DNA of 64,000 nucleotides, from NCBI RefSeq assembly GCF_009914755.1, contig NC_060926.1; one strand, given 5' to 3'. Source of the stretch: the human T2T-CHM13v2.0 reference genome, Homo sapiens. The notes beneath the pieces are model-generated. The model saw nothing but the letters and a program-made list of their open reading frames with translations. It was not told the origin of the DNA and made no database searches. Each line of letters starts with the position of its first letter. Position 1 is the first letter of the stretch. This document shows positions 62,871 through 64,000 of this stretch, piece by piece. The translations under genes were made by a program, and so were the position numbers.

Positions 62871-63297
62871 TTTCACTAGGAAAAAGCAAGTCTTCGATTG
62901 GGGTGCTGGAAGCTTTGAAAAGTTACTGTTAAATTGAAGCAACTAAAACATCTAGAGATTGATGGATCTTCCCACCTGATCCTCACCTTGTTAATGAAAG
63001 CACAGAATTTGGAAAGTCTAAACAAGGTTATTGGAAAAATACAATACACACATATCTAATTTTGGAAAGTAAACTTTATAACTCTTTTGTAGTCAGGCAT
63101 CGTCAATGTGTTTATAGCCTCAGCAGCCTCAACAGCTACAATAATTTTAAGTATTATTTTTATCCTGCAGAAAAGTCAATTCATTTTCAACAATGTTTCA
63201 GTGAAATTAAGTGGCAGATTACTTTTTAATTAATCAGAGTTTTTTGTTAATGTTTCTGTTTTATAATGTTGAATACATTTCTAAGGGAGCCACTGTG

Positions 63298-63332
63298 TCA
63301 CACATACACACACACACACACACACAGAGAGA
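63298..63332. repeat. (CA)n(GA)n microsatellite
   Basis: Seen directly. Confidence 0.9.
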
Positions 63333-64000
63333 ATAAGAAAGAAATAGAATGGTTCCACTCTGATATTCTGGAGCTCTAGTTTCTTGCTGAGCTTGGAAGT
63401 ATTACTTTTCAACATCTTAACGTTCTTTTGGTTTCTGCAAAGATCTATATTCTTTATTTGTTAAGTGCCTAAGAACATTTGTTTATTTAAAGGGAGTCTT
63501 AAAGGATTAGATATGAAATGTTTGCCTGGTTTAGAGAAACATGGATCTTTTCAAATAAGTAGATATGCCACCAGCAAAAAACATATTGAAAAATAAAATG
63601 TTCACTGTGTCCAGTATTTTTTTAGTAACTCTATATTTATTTATAGAATTTGACTTTCTAATCATTGTCAGTGTACCTGTTTTATGGCAGGCAAGGGCAC
63701 CCAGAGGGAGAATTCATTTTAATCAAATTTAACATTTCAGGAATAGCCATGTAAACAAAACAGCCAGCCCGTTACATTGTAGACATTGGGTAAACAGATG
63801 ATTACACTGCTAAGCTGTTTTACCTTGAAACTAACTCTCAGTGGTTGAAATGTTGATTTATTTCCTACAAACTGCATTGTTTTTCACTGTAGAATAATTC
63901 TCAAGAATCTAGAAACTTTGGAATAAAATCTGAATACTTTAAAAAATTATTTTTACATTATTGATTGACCTATACCATTTGTCCAACAATGGACTTTACA

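Overview
Primate (hominid-like: AluY and L1PA2-type elements are present) AT-rich, repeat-dense intergenic or intronic DNA. I found no intact host protein-coding gene. Positions 1-4916 are the 3' part of a defective HERV-T/HERVS71 provirus (gag, deleted pol, deleted env, 3' LTR6) with an apparent APOBEC3-type G-to-A excess. About 8410-11110 is a decayed processed pseudogene of Elongin A (ELOA/TCEB3). It carries a 62-bp inverted insertion copied from DNA 2.9 kb downstream and may include the parent's promoter region. At 18253-19917 is a young L1PA2-like insertion with a twin-priming 5' inversion. The rest is old L1M fragments, 15 Alu or Alu-monomer copies, MaLR/ERVL LTRs, MIR/L2/MER3 and microsatellites. 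Almost all ORFs in the supplied track are repeat-derived or chance. Family assignments and protein comparisons come from recalled consensus and protein sequences, not database searches, and old-repeat boundaries are approximate.
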